Positions 62,069-64,000 of a stretch of DNA of 64,000 nucleotides are shown here, piece by piece (position 1 is the first letter of the stretch; every line of letters begins with the position of its first letter). This stretch comes from an uncultured bacterium (GTDB lineage Bacteria > Patescibacteriota > Saccharimonadia > UBA4664). A model generated the notes under the pieces. That model saw only the letters and a program-made list of their open reading frames with translations. It was not told the DNA's origin and ran no database searches. Position numbers and translations under genes: made by a program. Location of the stretch: NCBI GenBank assembly GCA_963720265.1, contig CAVRET010000002.1, forward strand, positions 520,704 to 584,703. The letters are read 5' to 3'.

Positions 62069-63424
62069 CTAGCTCTTGGCGTCCACTAGTTTGCCCCGAA
62101 TCCCCACGGCCGAAATCAGCCCTCCGAGCACGAGTAGCACTACCATTACCACCACTCCGCGCCGAAAACCAGCCAAATCAAGCGAGCCCACTACCACGCC
62201 AATCGCCGCCACAGCCACCAGCCCGGCAATGCGCGCGATGGCATTGTTCACGGCCGAGCCGATCCCGGCGTGCTCCGGCTTAATGCTGCCCAGCACCGCC
62301 GAGGTCAACGGCGCCACGGTCATCGAGAGCCCCAGGCCGAATAACAACACGCCCGGCAGCAGCTGGGTCCAATAAATGACCTTTGCGTTCACATTCAGCA
62401 TAAGTAAAAATCCCATCGCCGCCACGATTGGTCCAAACGTCATAAACCACCTCGGCCCAAACCGCCCGGCAAGCGCCCCAAACCTAGGCGACAGCACAAA
62501 CATAATGAGCGTCACCGGCAGCAGGCTCAAGCCGGCCTCAAACGCCGAGTAGTGCCCAAATTGCTGTACAAACACCACCACCACAAACGTCGCCACAGAC
62601 AGTGCTCCATAAATTGCCGTGGTCGCCAAATTGCCAAACGTAAAATTCCGCACCTTAAAGAGTTCCAGTGGCAGCATCGGATCACGCGCCTTGTCCTCGT
62701 ACCAAATAAACCCTGCCAGCAGTCCGACCCCGAGCACTAGCGGCACCCAAATGAGTGGGCTAGTCCAGCCAAACTTCGGCTGTTCAATCAGCGCAAACAC
62801 GGTGCCGCCCAGACCCAAGGCACACAGCCACGCGCCCAGCCAGTCGATGCGCGTGTTTTTGCGCTCGTCACCCGCCAGCTTTACCCGTTGTAGCAGCCAC
62901 AGCGTAATCGCAATAATTGGCACATTGATCGCAAACACCCATCGCCACGAACCCGCATCCACGAGTGCACCGCCCACCAGCGGGCCGATAATAAACGAAA
63001 TCCCGGTCCAGGCCGTCCATGTGCCAATGGCTTTGCTCTGCGCCTCGCCACTAAAGCTCGCGATGATAATCGCCAGCGAGCTCGGCACCAACAGCGCGCC
63101 GGCCGCCCCCTGCACTGCCCGTGCGCCAATCAAAAACCCGGCGCTAGGTGCTAATGCGCATGCTACCGATGCGATCCCAAAACCGGCCAGCCCCAAAGCC
63201 AAAATCCGTTTGCGCCCCACAATATCCGACAAACTCCCGGCAATCAAAATCAGCGAACCAAGCGTCAGCAGATAGGCATCAACCACCCATTGTTGTAGCG
63301 TGAGGCCGCCGCCCAGGTTTTTCGCCATGGCCGGCAACGCCACGTTCACCACCGAGCCGTCCAAAAACGCCACCAAAGACGCCAAGATACTCACGACCAG
63401 CACTAACCGCTGCTTGCTGTTCAT
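62069..63424 (-). CDS. MFS transporter, DHA2 (14-TMS drug:H+ antiporter)-like
   Basis: 14 predicted TM helices, GxLaDrxGrR-like motif (DIVGRKRIL). Start chosen at MNSKQRL; the track ORF extends to 63562. Confidence 0.75.
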   Translation of the reverse strand: MNSKQRLVLVVSILASLVAFLDGSVVNVALPAMAKNLGGGLTLQQWVVDAYLLTLGSLILIAGSLSDIVGRKRILALGLAGFGIASVACALAPSAGFLIGARAVQGAAGALLVPSSLAIIIASFSGEAQSKAIGTWTAWTGISFIIGPLVGGALVDAGSWRWVFAINVPIIAITLWLLQRVKLAGDERKNTRIDWLGAWLCALGLGGTVFALIEQPKFGWTSPLIWVPLVLGVGLLAGFIWYEDKARDPMLPLELFKVRNFTFGNLATTAIYGALSVATFVVVVFVQQFGHYSAFEAGLSLLPVTLIMFVLSPRFGALAGRFGPRWFMTFGPIVAAMGFLLMLNVNAKVIYWTQLLPGVLLFGLGLSMTVAPLTSAVLGSIKPEHAGIGSAVNNAIARIAGLVAVAAIGVVVGSLDLAGFRRGVVVMVVLLVLGGLISAVGIRGKLVDAKS

Positions 63425-63559
63425 ATTGCAACCGCTTTCATGGCTAAAGCATAACCTCTTCATCCACTGGGCGCCATTGTTATATCTGAACGCATGCGTT
63501 ATGAATGGTATAGCCAAAATCAGCCCCCGCTTGTAAAGCGGCCGCCCGAAGGAGCACAA

Positions 63560-64000
63560 CATGACAGATGCGCGACTGCCACGGTTTATCAGCGAACTAA
63601 CGCTGGACCGGTGGGGCGCCTTCGTCCGCGGCGCAGCCCCGGACGGAGCCCGCGGTAGCAGTATCGATGGGAGGCCGGCCGTCGCCGCGCTAGCGGGCGC
63701 CAGGCTCCTGCGCCTCGGCGATCCCGTGGCTAACGCCTACCTTACGGCTTTGTATCGAGTCTGGTTCGAAGCGTGGACCCAGGACAATCGCTGGTTCATT
63801 CTGGCGCTCCTCATGCGCGAGCCGGGCCGGGAGCCAAAGCGGCTGTACATGCCCGGCAGGGGCGACTACGATAATCAGTTCGTGAGCCTGCTTGATACAA
63901 TCGCGCTCAACGACTCGCTCCGGCCGGTGTTCGAAAGCGCAGTCGAGCGCGATCGCGCCGCCCGGGAGCGCGTGGCGGGAAGTCAACCGCATTCGCTCGA
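63560..64000 (+). CDS. hypothetical protein, partial (runs off the window's 3' edge)
   Basis: AAGGAG Shine-Dalgarno 6 nt before ATG 63560, with an open frame to the window end. Absent from the track because it has no stop in the window. Confidence 0.4.

Noticed and set aside
63690-63992. 100-aa minus-strand ORF at the window end
   Set aside because: It overlaps a plus-strand frame that has a good AAGGAG Shine-Dalgarno at 63549 and stays open to the window edge. The minus ORF has no motif and an Arg/Pro-rich composition.

Overview
This 64-kb window comes from a compact, gene-dense bacterial genome. Core genes include nrdR, trxA-trxB, murB, folD, uppP, plsC, an LCP protein, an ABC-2 exporter, a cyoABCDE cytochrome bo3 operon with a type-II NADH dehydrogenase, and a two-subunit ATP-citrate-lyase-like pair (aclBA). 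Many neighbouring genes overlap at their start/stop codons, and core GC is roughly 55-60% by eye. The gene content would fit an aerobic-capable small-genome lineage such as soil Saccharibacteria or other Patescibacteria, but that is inference only. The standout feature is an ~11-kb array that begins at the 3' end of tRNA-Lys(CTT) at 10068-10144 and runs to about 21.3 kb. It consists of at least 12 mostly single-gene cassettes, each separated by a 60-85 bp composite repeat. Each repeat copies the last ~12 nt of tRNA-Lys (GATGGCCCTCCA) plus the tRNA's native 3' flank (TAGCACTTATGCTTAAA), followed by a variable GC hairpin with a T-run (terminator-like) and a TGnTATGAT-like extended -10 element. 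Several cassette ORFs use a TAG embedded in the repeat as their stop codon. The cassettes encode P-loop and uridine-kinase-like kinases, a ROK kinase, a minimal nucleotidyltransferase, SRPBCC, YdeI-like, SDR and VOC proteins, and a MazEF toxin-antitoxin pair. Two different IS200/IS605 elements each split a cassette gene. No integrase is visible in the window. Other notable items are a secreted GH59 (galactocerebrosidase-like) enzyme with C-terminal ricin-B lectin repeats, a LuxI/N-acyl-synthase-like gene next to a 7TM-GAF histidine kinase and two stand-alone receivers, two short very high-GC islands (one carrying small SD-preceded peptide ORFs), a GNAT-TM-secretory-lipase fusion, and three tRNAs (Arg-CCG, Arg-UCG, Lys-CUU). 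No rRNA or CRISPR was seen.
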